Below the pieces are notes generated by a model, which did not search any database, had not been told where the DNA came from, and saw only the letters and a list, made by a program, of their open reading frames with translations. A stretch of DNA of 62,786 nt, the filler included, from Choristocarpus tenellus KU-1152 (taxonomy: Eukaryota > Protista > Phaeophyceae), in assembly GCA_964200185.2 (NCBI GenBank). It is 11 parts of 11 records of this genome, joined end to end, with 100 filler letters (N's around TTAATTAATTAA, not from the genome) between each part and the next. Parts side by side here need not be neighbours in the genome. Positions count along the whole stretch, not along the records: positions 1 to 2,584 come from CAXNAD020026546.1; positions 2,685 to 7,003 come from CAXNAD020015133.1; positions 7,104 to 11,191 come from CAXNAD020016291.1; positions 11,292 to 16,148 come from CAXNAD020012769.1; 7 more parts are not named here. One strand, given 5' to 3'. Positions 1 to 12,520 of the stretch are shown here, one piece after another (position 1 is the first letter of the stretch; the number at the start of each line of letters is the position of its first letter). The translations under genes and the position numbers were made by a program.

Positions 1-32
1 TTTTTGCTACGAACAGGAGGGGGGTGGGGGGT

Positions 33-65
<33 letters not shown>

Positions 66-182
66 AGGAGCGGTATAAGCACGGAGGGGACAAAAAAAGC
101 ATCATTATGGAAGGCGTTTGTGGTGTATGCCTGACTGACTACAGGGGTGTGAAACAGGTGGTGAAAAAAAGTGGGCAGCCTG

Positions 183-202
183 AGGGTTAGGGTTAGGGTT
201 AG
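183..202 (+). repeat. Short interstitial telomere-like (TTAGGG)n tract
   Basis: AGGG TTAGGG TTAGGG TTAG; shorter CCCTAA pairs also occur at ~3744 and ~50475. Confidence 0.6.
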
Positions 203-255
203 CTCAGGTGACGTGATGGTAGTGATATCATAGGGGCCTCTGGAGTAAGTGAGTA

Positions 256-289
<34 letters not shown>

Positions 290-651
290 CAGAGAAAGTT
301 TCACACAGATCACAGGGAGTTGGTACTCCACATTCAGTAAATAAATGGAATGTAGCACTTCTTTTGCCTGGGAGTTTCTATTTACGATGGAGGCGGGGGC
401 CCCTTCCGTCCCGCCTGCGATTAACGCCTGCAGCAGAGCACTCGAAACAGTACAGAGGTACAAAAAAGAAAAAAACAGCACTATCTGTATGTCCATGGCG
501 GACGGAAAAGATGCTGCTCCAGGACGTGTTCTGTCTAGGTGTCTAACAAAGAAAAAGAAAAGAACGTTAGACAGACACAAAGAGGTACAAAGAGGTAAAA
601 AGAGGTACGTACTAGTGCTTGCGATGGTTGCCTATGCTGACAACATAAATG

Positions 652-733
652 AACATTAACATGGAGATAAACATTAACATGGAGATAAACATTAACATGG
701 AGATAAACATTAACATGGAGATAAACATTAACA
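652..733. repeat. 18-bp minisatellite (AACATTAACATGGAGATA x~4.5)
   Basis: Perfect tandem units starting at 652, 670, 688 and 706, plus a partial unit. Confidence 0.95.
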
Positions 734-1027
734 CGTGCTCTACTTGTAACGGGGATCATTTATGAATCTTAGATTCGGGGAGCGTCGAGATACATCAATG
801 GATATATTCCTCCCCGTCCAATGAGAGTTATAAAAAAAAGGGATGTTGTTGCCATTGGCGGATGGAGCATTGCCGTACCATGCTGAGGGGACATAGTGGT
901 ACATATGTAAGGTGTTAACACATAAATGACACATAAGCGACACATAAACAACACACAAAATACGCATAAATGTGTGTCAGTGAGGTATGTGACACAGTCC
1001 TATGCAGGAAAGACAACGTAAAAACAG

Positions 1028-1203
1028 GGTGTGTTTGTGTATTATAATAATAATTATTATTATTTTAGTAGTGTATGTTTGTGTATTATTAAAATTACTA
1101 TTATTATTTTAGTAGTGTATGTTTGTGTATTATTATAATTACTATTATTATTTTAGTAGTGTATGTTTGTGTATTATAATAATAATAATAATAATTTTAG
1201 TAG
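1028..1203. repeat. ~44-bp AT-rich minisatellite x4
   Basis: Repeats of GTGTATGTTTGTGTATTAT...TATTTTAGTA. Confidence 0.9.
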
Positions 1204-1482
1204 CAGTTTGCTGTCGTTACACCCCTTCCCCCCCTAACGACCCCTCTTCAGGCTGTTTTGTGAGTGATTATAGTCAGCAGCATTTCCAATATTTCAAGGT
1301 AGTATATACATATATGTATATATATATATATATATATATCAGCGTATGCCCAGTATGATTATAGTCAGCAACATGTCTTCCTTTGTTGATGAACCATAAC
1401 AAACACCTCTCTGGTGGTTCTCATCACCTCCCATCACACCAAATAACATGAATCAAATAACGTATTGTTAGTTTTCAAAATA

Positions 1483-1745
1483 GAGTCAAAGTATCTTAAA
1501 GGGTAAAACCACGTATTTGGGGGCCAAAATCCAACGGTGCGATTTTGATGTAATTTTTCCTATTGTATTTGTTAGGAAGTATCAATACCCTTTGTTCTGG
1601 ACAAACCTTTTCATAACGTACACATTTTACCTACTCCGAAACATTTTGGAGTAAGAAAATGTCATTAAAAAAAACAAAACAAGGGAAGCCAAGTCCCAAA
1701 CGGACACACAGGGCAAAACTCGCACCAAATAAGATACTTTCACTC
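1483..1745 (-). mobile_element. MITE family A copy (strand convention: + = long-spacer GAGTG end first)
   Basis: TIRs GAGTCAAAGTATCTTA / TAAGATACTTTCACTC; 3-bp TSD ATA; homologous to 9 other full or partial copies in the window. Confidence 0.9.
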
Positions 1746-2235
1746 ATAAATATATAAATAAATATCTATTAAAAAAAAAAGAGCGAGGGTGTTAGCCAGG
1801 AAGTGTCCAATGCATTCTACATGCAAGTGCAAGTGGAATGCGCAATCAACGCATCTCAACAGTAAATCCACAAAAAAAAATTATCTGCTATCCCAGGGAC
1901 ACTCTCTTCCTTGCCCTTCCTTGCCCTTCCTTGCCCTTCCCTCCCTGCCTCCCTCTCTCCCTCCCCTCGCCTTCCCTCCACAGTACAAACCCCCTCACCA
2001 CGAACACGTAAAAAAATAAAATAATCCAACCCTCTCCTATACAAAACCCCTTACCGCGACAAACAGACGAATACACGTACCACCTACAGAGCACAAACGT
2101 TTTTAACAAACAAAAAATAAAAAATAAAAAATAAAAATAAAGAATAAAAAATAAAAAGTAGGTGTGAAGTAGGCAGGCGAACGCGCAAGGAGGAGTCCAG
2201 ACACGCCAACCTCGATCCCTCTCACTGAGACACAC

Positions 2236-2387
2236 CTCATGATCATCTCGTCTCCAAACACTTCGAAGTCCACACTTCCTCCCCTCGGGAAGGCGTCTGC
2301 GTGCTGGTTGAGCGCATCTTCCGCCTCCTCGTCCCATGAGTGTGGCAACATCGCCACTCGCAACACGCCTGAAAATGGCGCAGTGAC
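2236..2387 (-). CDS. Internal exon of probable glycoside hydrolase family 81 endo-1,3-beta-glucanase (partial)
   Basis: AG/GT-bounded exon VTAPFSGVLRVAMLPHSWDEEAEDALNQHADAFPRGGSVDF resembles the GH81 segment FSG.IR.A.LP.....E..LD......P..G; other exons not confidently located. Confidence 0.6.
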
Positions 2388-2584
2388 CTGTTAGAGTGCA
2401 CATGGGCGGGGCCAGGGGGGTGGTGGGGCCGGGGGGGAGGGCAGACATGCAGACGGGGCAGTGAACAAGCTGACGAGTCTTGAAGTTGATGTCAACCAAG
2501 GAGATGATGCAAACACACAACACCACACAGCAGAGGTGGCCACATCCAACGGGGGGGGGGGGGGGGGGGGGGCGGGTGGCGGCC

Positions 2585-2683
2585 NNNNNNNNNNNNNNNN
2601 NNNNNNNNNNNNNNNNNNNNNNNNNNNNTTAATTAATTAANNNNNNNNNNNNNNNNNNNNNNNNNNNNNNNNNNNNNNNNNNN
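2585..2683. other. Artificial contig linker (N-TTAATTAATTAA-N); same linker at ~7004, 11192, 16149, 19140, 28809, 36645, 45039, 50216, 54603
   Basis: Identical ~100-nt spacer with stops in all six frames, present 10 times. Confidence 0.98.
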
Positions 2684-2696
2684 NCCCCCCCCTCAA

Positions 2697-2736
<40 letters not shown>

Positions 2737-3192
2737 GCACCGACCGGCCCCCCCCCCCCCCCCCCCCCCCCCCAGATGCTTTGAGGCCATTCGTGTCATT
2801 TGCAGTGTAACTGTGGGGTACATGCATTACAGCACAAGGGATATCAGTGGGGTCTCGATAGAGGAGGATGAACAAAAAATCTCCAGCAATGGGGAGAACC
2901 TGCAATTCCCACACTTCCTCTGTTTGAGCATCAGTTCACACAAGATTTTATTAATTTATTTTATTTCTTCTTCCTCAATGCCAACCGTTCAATACTCTGA
3001 CGTTGCAATGAAGGATTCAAATTAACAATGGAAATAAGAACAATAACAAGCGAAAATATTCCATTAAACAATACAGTAAAAAAAAAAACGTGGAACAAGC
3101 AAAACAAAAAACCAAAACCCCCCCCAACCAACCACAGGTGAAACCGCAGAGTATTTATTGATCATCAAGAATCATTTGACAAGGTGCATCAC

Positions 3193-3337
3193 CTGCATGA
3201 TCTCTTCGTAGAGTCGGACACCACCCTTGTTGATACCATCCAGTGTCTTGAAAGGGGCAGAGTTACTCCTTGCAATCAGCACAAACGCCTCTGTGCCTTG
3301 CCTGATTGTTACCCTCATTGATTAGTTGGTTATTTCC

Positions 3338-3424
<87 letters not shown>

Positions 3425-5697
3425 CAAACGCCCTCTATGATTTAGAACACCAAATCAAATTGAGTACTGAGCACACATAAAAGTTTTTTGGACAGTTCAA
3501 TTCATATTCCCCCTCCCCCCCCCCAAATAAAATAAAATAAAATATATACACATACTTTTGGGTATCGAAGTTCAAGTAACAGCAAGGCGCTGTACGGTTG
3601 TGATTCTCTCTGAGCACTTCCTAAAAACACTAAAAAAAATCTCACTTTATTAAATAAAAAGCTCTAATATTATTAATATTAGCAGTAGTAGAGCCAGCGC
3701 AAGGGGTGGGGGTAGTGGGGGGAGGTACACTAGCAAATAACTACCCTAACCCTAAAACGATCTACCAAAACAAAAAAACATAATGAGAAAAAATAAAAAC
3801 TGAAGCAAGGTTGAACACATTTCCTTGATCGTAAATAAGGAGATAACAAAAAACCCCATCATAAGCATCAAACATATATATATATATATATATATATATT
3901 GCTAAAAAGTACTGTACCACTTTTCTTATATTTATAGCAGCAGGAGGGAGGAAAGAGGGGAGGGAGGGGGGGCGAGATCGCCCTTGACATTGACACATCA
4001 TTGACACATCATTGACACATCAAGACACATCAAGACACATCAAGACACATCATTGACACATCATTGACACATCAAGACACATCATTGACACATCAAGACA
4101 CATCAAGACACATCAAGACACATCAAGACACATCAAGACAGAAAAGCACCGTTTTGTACTATTGGGAAGAAACACTGTTAACATTCAGCACTCTCTTCTG
4201 GTTTATTTTATTCTTTTGGTACAGGTGTTATAAAAATGAAAAAAACACACACACAACTATCGGTTGAGTATTACCGAAGTACGTGGAGGCGTTTGTACTA
4301 TGTTACTTGCTATGTTACTTGCTAAAACATTCCTTTTCTAGGATTCTTGTTGTACCATAACAACACAAATCAAATATATCACTGTTCCCACGAAAGCTCA
4401 CAAGGGTTGGTAGAGGGGCCCGAAAAAAAAGAAAGAAATTTACTAAATAAAAATAAAAATATCAGTAATATAATAATATGGAGGCGACAGGGCAAACGTG
4501 ACCATTGACTGAGTATTATTATTATTATTTTGACATGTTAGATGATGTATTTTACTCTCAACTCACAAACAAAAATAAAACAAAATGTATATATATATAT
4601 ATATTTGTGTGTGTGCTATCAATGCCACACCGTGGCAGAGACAATGAAGAAGACCGTCCAGGGACTAAGAACTCCATAGACAGCGCTAACAGGTGGCCCT
4701 CCTAACACAGAGGATCTTAACTGGAGCAGCCTTCCCCACCTGAGACTGATTGTCGTGGAGGAGGTATATACCTCATTGTTTTGGGGGGTCTTCGTCGCCT
4801 ATATATTGATACCAAAAGGGTTTCGGGAGATGACCAGCTCACCCGCCTGGTACCACTGGACCATAGTGCCCCATTCACAGCCAAAACATCAGGTCAACAA
4901 TTCTCTGAGACCACACCGGAGACTCCCACCAACCAATTAAAGGGTACACGGCATGACATCAAAAGGTATACTACGAATATACACAAAAATATATAAAAAT
5001 ATAAAAATACTGTTGGCCTTCCGTGTTTGATTGTTCATACTGTCAGTGGTTACTTTCACAGTCACTTTTTGGTTGTACTGTTCTGCTGATGATACCAGTT
5101 CTATGCACCAGTTCTACGTTTGGTACCTGTACCCTATACCCTGTTGTGGACCACAGGAGCGCCCACGGGGGGGAACAGCATCTCAAGAACCTTGACCCAG
5201 ACAGTGGATGCTGCACTAGACAAAAAAAAGAAGAATTAACAACAGGGGGAAGGAGAGACGCGCCACTGGAGGCGTCCCTCGGACTGGCTCCCTCCACAGT
5301 AGTAGTATCTCTCGTAATCCCTATGTACTCAGTATAGACAACACATAATAAAACAAACAAAAAAAATAACAGCAAAGAGCAAGCAGACGGCAGTAACAAA
5401 TGACAACAGTAATAATCTTTTCATTAATCCATTCCCATAATAGAGTTACCCCCTCTTCATCTCGAGCCTACAGAGTCCAACGGATACAGAGTCAACAAGA
5501 CATCACCTGGATGTCAACGCCTGTGCAAGGTACTTGAGATTGTCGGGGTCACCTCGAATGCCATGCACTAGGACCCAAAGGTGCTTTGCAGGCTGAGAAG
5601 GTCGGTATGCCTCCCTATCTGTAATGAACACAGTGCTGTGCTCACTCCACTCTCCCCAAACCAACTGCCCTCTCTCCAACTCATGCATAGCCCGCAC
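3193..5697 (-). CDS. DUF676 (FAM135/serine-esterase-like) lipase gene, partial; exons 5507-5697 and 3193-3301
   Basis: Spliced in phase: HLWVLVHGIRGDPDNLKYLAQAL...R|QGTEAFVLIARSNSAPFKTLDGINKGGVRLYEEIMQ matches the DUF676 motifs HL.VLVHG..G and N....T.DGI...G.RL..EI; canonical GT-AG. Confidence 0.8.
3339..3424. repeat. Compound (TG)n(GA)n microsatellite in intron
   Basis: Directly visible. Confidence 0.95.
3986..4140. repeat. 10/11-bp minisatellite GACACATCAA / GACACATCATT
   Basis: About 14 interspersed units of two variants. Confidence 0.95.
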
Positions 5698-6858
5698 CTT
5701 AACAGAGGAGCAGTAGATGGAGGTGGTGGGGGCAGACAGGGTTGGGGTTGGGGTTGGGGTTGGGGTTGGTGTGTGGCATAAAACCATTGCCAAAAAAAAA
5801 CAAACGCCTTAAGGGTTTAGGATACGGTATACTTGCATTTATCAATCCACTAAAAAAAATTAATCAGGTCAAGGTTAGGGATATGTTACCATTGGTACTA
5901 ATTTGACAATGAAGCACCTACTACTATCAACAAAAGAAAGTCTTCCACAAGAGTAACACAATGACAACACAACAGTAACATTGCAAGAAGTTTAGCGCTA
6001 CAGCCCTCTACCCATCCCCCCCATCCCCCCACCTCCCCACAACAGGCAGTAATGCTAGTACTTCAACTAATACCTCAACATCCCACAAATCATAAGCACA
6101 AGAGGGCTCTTCATCCTATGATCCGAGTCCGCGCTCCACAGCAAATATCAAATATCAAACAGTGATTCGTAACTATGCAAAAGAGAGCTATTTCAATAGT
6201 CTTTGCTTTATGTTGTATGGATGTATTTAGTAGCGGAGTGAGCACAGCCCTTGGTGGGGTGCTCTCCCTTATATTAATATATTATCTTTTGTGCACGTCA
6301 GCAAACACGTCAAAAACGTGTCAGTGTCAGTCGCACTACGTCAGTCACTTACACTAAACGAAATAAGAAATCAATCCATCGAGACTCGATCCTGCTACCC
6401 AAAGCATATGAAAACAAGTCCTTGACTCTTACTTCACTCAGGCAATACTTCTGTCGTGTATAACTGTTCACTAAACACATAACACTCTATAGACTACCTA
6501 GACTATATTGCAAAACAACCTCACTTGGACATAATAAAACATAATAATAATAAACTACTTACACATAAAATGAAATAAAATAGTGATGATAATAACCACA
6601 ATAATAATAACCACAATAATAAAATGTAGAACCAAAAAACAAACAATAAAAAAAAATCACCAACAATTGCGTATCCATTTCAAGAGTCCTCACAATAAAA
6701 AAAAAAAATCGGTTGGACACACGCTCACCCAACCAACCACAAAAAAAAATCACGGGTGTTTCATTCCGAGCACACAAGAGGCCGCTCTCAACAAAAAATA
6801 AGAAATGAACTAAATAACTCCTTTACCCTCCCCAAATCGGTGCTTTTTTAACCTTTGG

Positions 6859-6963
6859 TTTTAGATAGGTTAATCACCATTTTAGAAAGGTTAATCACCA
6901 TTTTAGATAGGTTAATCACCATTTTAGATAGGTTAATCACCATTTTAGATAGGTTAATCACCA
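6859..6963. repeat. 21-bp minisatellite TTTTAGATAGGTTAATCACCA x5
   Basis: Near-perfect tandem units. Confidence 0.95.
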
Positions 6964-7322
6964 AAACTCTTCACGGCAGAGTTACATACACCAAAAAACA
7001 TCCNNNNNNNNNNNNNNNNNNNNNNNNNNNNNNNNNNNNNNNNNNNNTTAATTAATTAANNNNNNNNNNNNNNNNNNNNNNNNNNNNNNNNNNNNNNNNN
7101 NNNCCATACAACAAACCATCCAGTTAGGTAACCTTCCCATATCCAAAGAAACTCCACCTCGACCTCCCCCCCCCCCCCCCCCCCCCCCCTCTAACATCTC
7201 TCCCTAGCGAGAGCAAGTCAGAGTAGATGTGCCGCTTGCCTCACTGTAGGAGGAAATCAGCAACAGCAGAGACCACACCAACATTACAATTCCATCTCTT
7301 CTAGCAACACACACATTCACAC

Positions 7323-8340
7323 CTGGGGCTTTCATATATCAATGGCAGGCACAGGAGTTGCACAATAGCCAGAATGGGGGTCAACGCAAAGAGCAGGCGC
7401 CACCCATCATCAGTTGCCAGCGGAAAGGCCATGAGGTTAGCGCCCAGGATACCGGTAACCATGGCAAACTGTGTAAGTGTGCCCAGGGTGCCACGCAGGG
7501 TTGGTGGCGCTAGCTCACCAAGATAAATAGGAACAATTACTGTTGCAAACCTGCACAAGAAAAGTGAAGGGTGGGTGTCTTGTTATGTTACGTTGAATGT
7601 AAAAAATAACGGGGTGGTGGGCGGTCTTTTTTTTTTTTTCGCTGTTTGAAGGAGATGTGGAATGCTGGAAGATGAGCAGAGTGTAGCATTTGGGCAAAGG
7701 TTTGGTTTTCCCTTTCATGTGGGTTGGGAGAGATCCGGTGTGCGATCTGATTAATCAGAAGCATTTCCCTGCACTGAAATACGCAACCGTGCTCTCAAAT
7801 CTCTTGACGTAAGGCATGGAAAGAAGAGCTTTTTTTTGCACAAAAAAGTTCATGAGATGCCTCCTGCACCATACTCTTCAAAATCACATCAAAATGTGGA
7901 GAAATCTGGGCTAGGGTTGGAAGTGGATGTGCACATGGTTATCAGGGGGTTAGGGTTATATGTGCGTTTGGAGTGCGATGACATTACAGTAGTTGTGACT
8001 TGAGGAGATTAATGTAGTTTGCTATCGCAAGTTGAGAAGGGTATTGGGAGGAACTGCTTTAGACATCATGTGTACATAGGGAGTGGGGATATGCGTCAGG
8101 GAGGTGTGTCTTGAGACTTGGAAAGAAGGATAGGTTGCCCTGGGTGTAAGGTTGCTGTCATTTCATCAAGTACTCCTAGAAGAATATACTACTATATACC
8201 CCCACAATGATCAGTGGTAGTGAAGGCACAGCTCTTGTAGTTCTAGATTACACTACTACTCTGGGTTGACTGAGCTTCATCAAAAACTAGTACACAGATC
8301 ATTTCCATACTACAAATAGGATCCACTAAGGACAGTCATC

Positions 8341-8379
<39 letters not shown>

Positions 8380-10174
8380 CCCCCCCCCCACCCCGCCCCC
8401 CCCCCCCCCCCCCCNNNNNNNNNNTTTTTATTAGAAACAAAGTCAAACTATTTTTTTTGTGAAAATAGGGATCCAACAGCTTCTTTTCTATCACCCCCCC
8501 CCCCCCCCCCCCCCCCAGTGCCCTTCATCCTCCACATAAAAAAAACAAGATAGGAAGTCTCTCCTTAGAGATACAGGTTGTCGAAGACAAGAAAAATGTG
8601 GCAAAATCACCGGCAATAGCCAATCACTCTTGTGAGAGGGGTAATAAAGAAAAATTCCAATCAGAAAAAAATATGTTCAGCATAGAGTTGAACGATTTAA
8701 AAAAAGTTGATACACAGGTTGAATGTACTTGCAAAAAGTGGAATTCAACATTTACCCACTAGCGAAGCCAATGATTAAGCGAGCTGGAATGAGCCAGTAG
8801 ACTGTGGGGGCAAGGCTGAGTAGGATCCCTCCTGCAAGAAAGATCCAAGCATTGAGGACAATTGCCATCCGCCTTCCACTGGCATTGGAAACAATGCCCG
8901 CCAGCACAGCACCGAATGGACCACCGATTGCGAAGACTGAAACAGCCAGTGACCACTCTGCTGTGGTGTGGTCAGGGAAGACCACTAGCTCGGGGGCATT
9001 CTGAAATCAACATATTGTGATGTTGCGGCAATAGGGGATATTGGGGGGGGATAAGAGAGGTCGGTCTAGAACTCAGATTTGCGATGTGGAGGATGTACAT
9101 TAAAAAAAACCTTGGTCAAACAACTAAATTTGGTTCAAAAAAGTGGACCAAGGTGAAGCAGGGTGTCACAAGGGTGAGGGGGTTGATCAGCCACCATACC
9201 AGCTATTCTTGTGAAGAGCGGGGAGAATTGGCCTGCTACGCAGTTCAATCTGTATTACTCACCATGACAGCGATGTTGTATCCCACCAGGAACTGCAATA
9301 GAACAGCCACCAATACAGCGCACACGAGGGGCCAGGTCATGATGACCTCATCAATCTCCAAATCTTCAAGAAGAGCGGCCTTCTCCGACAGTTCGTTCAT
9401 TTCATCAAGTCCTATCTTAGACAGCGAGCGGGCTATGCTCCTCTCGCGGTGCTGCATGCCGTACACGCTGTCGCGCAAGAACATTGGGCACAAGAAAAGC
9501 GATCGGTTCTTCGTGGGCCTCGGGGAGAGAAGATCTGACTCAATATTATGCTTGATGAACCTAAACCCAAAATCATGCCTGCGGGGGTTGCACTAGCAAA
9601 CTGCGCAATAGTTCCGGAGACAAAAACATAGTCATCTCACTCTCCCTGCATTGTTGGGTACGCAGGTATAGCAGAACAACGCCGTCCTCGGTGCGCAAGA
9701 TTGGTACCACCCCCATACGCATTTAGTAGACCTAATCATATCAATTTGTTCGTAAATTTCTTGAAGATACACAGCCTAAATACGTTCAAGACGAGAAGAG
9801 TACCTACAGGATAAAGCCAGCAACATCTTTGTGGAGACTTACTTGTGATGCTAGTCGGCCTTACCACCTGAGCGAAACAAAGAGAGTACTCCAGACGTTT
9901 TCCATCTTCCTTATGCACTCAGATTATCCACAAACAAACAAAACGCACACAAGTACGCACACCTGAGGAAGGGTAGGTTAACGTAGAGCGCCCTCCTGTT
10001 GCGGTCTACGGCGTTCAGTGTGCTCCCCTTCATCCCCGGGCCCACAGAAGAGCTCCGGTTGAACCTAGCTTGGGCTTGGTCTGCACCAAGCATTTGATTC
10101 ATATCCGGCGAGGACATGGTGCTACCATACCGCTTCTGAGAACTGGTTCCCAACGAGGCAGGAGCAGTATCCAT
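7323..10174 (-). CDS. MFS sugar porter (GLUT/SLC2A-like), 5' part; exons 9963-10174, 9263-9560, 8756-9000, 7323-7550
   Basis: Phase-consistent GT-AG exons give [62 protein letters not shown] and ESPR, all sugar-porter signatures; truncated by the contig end. Confidence 0.93.
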
Positions 10175-11135
10175 GCTTTCGAAAGTGTGGCAACAGCAAG
10201 CCTACAAAATTAATGTAAAATGCAAGCTCCCGGACGACGAATGGCTGGAGGTTCCTTATGATCGATGGTTGCAGTTCTTCCAAGCTCTGTGTGATCCAAC
10301 GTGTGCGGAAAGCTGTACTTGACTTCGCTGGTGATAGTTGCCCTTGTGTTCTGGTAGTAGATAGTAGGCAAACCACCTTGTTCCTTAAGAACCATATATC
10401 GACAAATGTACATATTCGATATACCGACTTGTTCGTTATCTACATTTCTGAAGTTTTCTTGTTCCTCAAAATTCTTGTTTGTCAAGGATTTTGTCGTTTT
10501 TCATTGGTTCGGTAGATGTGACTGCAACAAGAAGACCAATTAATAAAACACTTGTTTAAGCCGTAGTCCATTGGGTAGGACAGTCGTGCCCAGAAGAACC
10601 GACCACTCCGCACATCTCAATATTTGTGTTTTTGTTTGATTTATAGTTTCGTTTCTTCATTTTATGGAAAGTTTGCATGTGCCTTTCCAAAAAATTGTGA
10701 AGGACATGTTTCGTTTACTACTAAAATAAACTATCATATGCGCTGACTGTTTGTTGACACAGACTTTTTTCCTTGATGGACATTTTTTTTTGTAGTGAGG
10801 TATGATTCATACGCACCATTAGCTCGCGTTCATGTGCAGACGATATTGATTGGTTTGTTGTTAAACGAAATCCCACATGGGTTAAGGAACATGATGCTTT
10901 TCGCTTTCAGGTCTCAATCCTCCCTCACTCTCCCTCACGATCCCTCAATTTTATCTCTTTGAACCTCGTTTCTTCTGGTCGTTCTCAATAGTCCCCATCA
11001 GAACAAACTTGACCTCTTTCACACGTCCGTAGTACTTCAAAGTACTTGCTCCTTGCTGGACGTCATGTATCCATAACCTACATCACAGATCACGCACACT
11101 CAGTATCTTCAAAAGAAATAAAGGTGTAGTTGTGA

Positions 11136-11191
11136 GGCTCAAAGTATCTGGGAGGGGGTGGCGGCTGTCCATTTGGGGTCAAGTTTTTCAT
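11136..11191 (-). mobile_element. MITE family B, partial (contig end)
   Basis: GGCTCAAAGTATCTGGGAGGGGGTGGCGGCTGTCCATTTGGGG matches the short-spacer end of complete B copies. Confidence 0.85.
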
Positions 11192-11291
11192 NNNNNNNNN
11201 NNNNNNNNNNNNNNNNNNNNNNNNNNNNNNNNNNNTTAATTAATTAANNNNNNNNNNNNNNNNNNNNNNNNNNNNNNNNNNNNNNNNNNNN

Positions 11292-11341
11292 CCCTCACAA
11301 CCCACCCCCCCCCCCCCCTCCCCCCACAGATACTTTGACCC
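11292..11341. mobile_element. MITE family B terminus at contig start
   Basis: CCCCCACAGATACTTTGACCC. Confidence 0.7.
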
Positions 11342-12129
11342 ATGTGCATGGCTTGGTGGATTCTCTTTTTCTCACCCTGGGTTTTGTTAGTGGTGCATAA
11401 GGCGGTATCAACGAACTCAACAGTTTGTTGTGTTTTGGCACTGGAGACAAGAGGGACATCCTGCTACTTGCATCCCCTCCTTTGACAAATGCCGTTGAAG
11501 AAAAAAAAGGTCACAAACACTGATATATTTATATATATACTCTGGAGTATATAAACAAGAAATGAGTCGCAGTTCACTTGCTCCTCCTGTGTATGCACTT
11601 AGGATGGAGAATCATCCAATGAGAACTCTTCGTGGATCGCCTTGACCAATCAATGCAATGGAGTGAGGAAGGGATGCCAATACTGACAGTAATTATTTGG
11701 ATATCTCTACAATCTTAATCGCAGGGCATATTGATGGGTGTGGGGTCATGGTACCAAAATCAACAATGGCACTACCAATAGCAATAATAACAATGAAATA
11801 ATAGTAGTAGAAATAGTGATTAATAGTGTTAGTAGTGAGTGGAACTAAACAAGAGGTACTCAGGTTTGGGGGATTTGCATTTAAGAGCCAAAGTAAGTGA
11901 AAGGCACCCAGTTTTTGTCCGTTTTTGCAATGTCAGTTTTTCACTCTTTCGCAGTTCAACCCTTATTATATTTCTATGGATGAAGTGCTGAGATTGACTT
12001 GAGAGCGTTGAGTTCTCTGTTATCTTGAAAGTATTTAATAGGATTGAAAAGAGTCTCTTGTAAGCATTTGTACAACAAAAATACAAAACTATACACTGTC
12101 AGCATCCTTCAATTTGTAACCCTAAATTA

Positions 12130-12330
12130 CCTCTTGTTTACTCTTGCTAAAGTAAGAATAGTAACAATAGCAATGACAACAATAAAAATAATGACAGTGT
12201 AGTAATAACAATAATAATAAAAATAATGACAATAATGACATTAACAATGACAATAACAATAAAAATAATGACAAAAACAATACTATTAATAATAACAATA
12301 ACAAACGACAACAACAATGATAAAAATAAT
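12130..12330. repeat. Low-complexity AAT/AAC/GAC degenerate trinucleotide tract
   Basis: Directly visible; gives rise to spurious hydrophobic ORFs. Confidence 0.85.
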
Positions 12331-12520
12331 TGCAGACGTTGCTTGTCACCTACAGTCAATTCAACCCATCTGCCTTCGTATCATCCACCTCGGTCTTGCC
12401 ATAACCCTAGCACTAACCCTAGCCCTATCGCTATGCCCCCTTTTTTAAATAATAATTAAAAAAACAATGAGGGTATGTAAGCGCCATTCAAACGAGCTCT
12501 ATCTAGCTATGACTGCTCAC

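Noticed and set aside
1483-1745. MITEs as introner (intron-generating) elements or Fanzor omega-RNA modules
   Set aside because: Copies lie within larger introns or other TEs, and their ends do not coincide with splice sites; no TnpB/Fanzor ORF is seen.
2629-2640. Recurrent TTAATTAATTAA palindrome
   Set aside because: Always embedded in fixed-length N runs; an artificial six-frame-stop linker, not biology.
652-6963. Short tandem arrays as possible CRISPR-like arrays
   Set aside because: Units are head-to-tail with no unique spacers and no cas genes; ordinary minisatellites.
8342-8424. Long poly-C/poly-G runs (also 19-64, 2551-2572, 2747-2773, 45193-45224, 50162-50187) as G-quadruplex elements
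   Set aside because: They cluster at contig ends and gaps, so their lengths are probably sequencing or assembly artefacts.
12122-12459. Hydrophobic ORFs resembling membrane proteins
   Set aside because: Translation artefacts of an AAT-type low-complexity tract.
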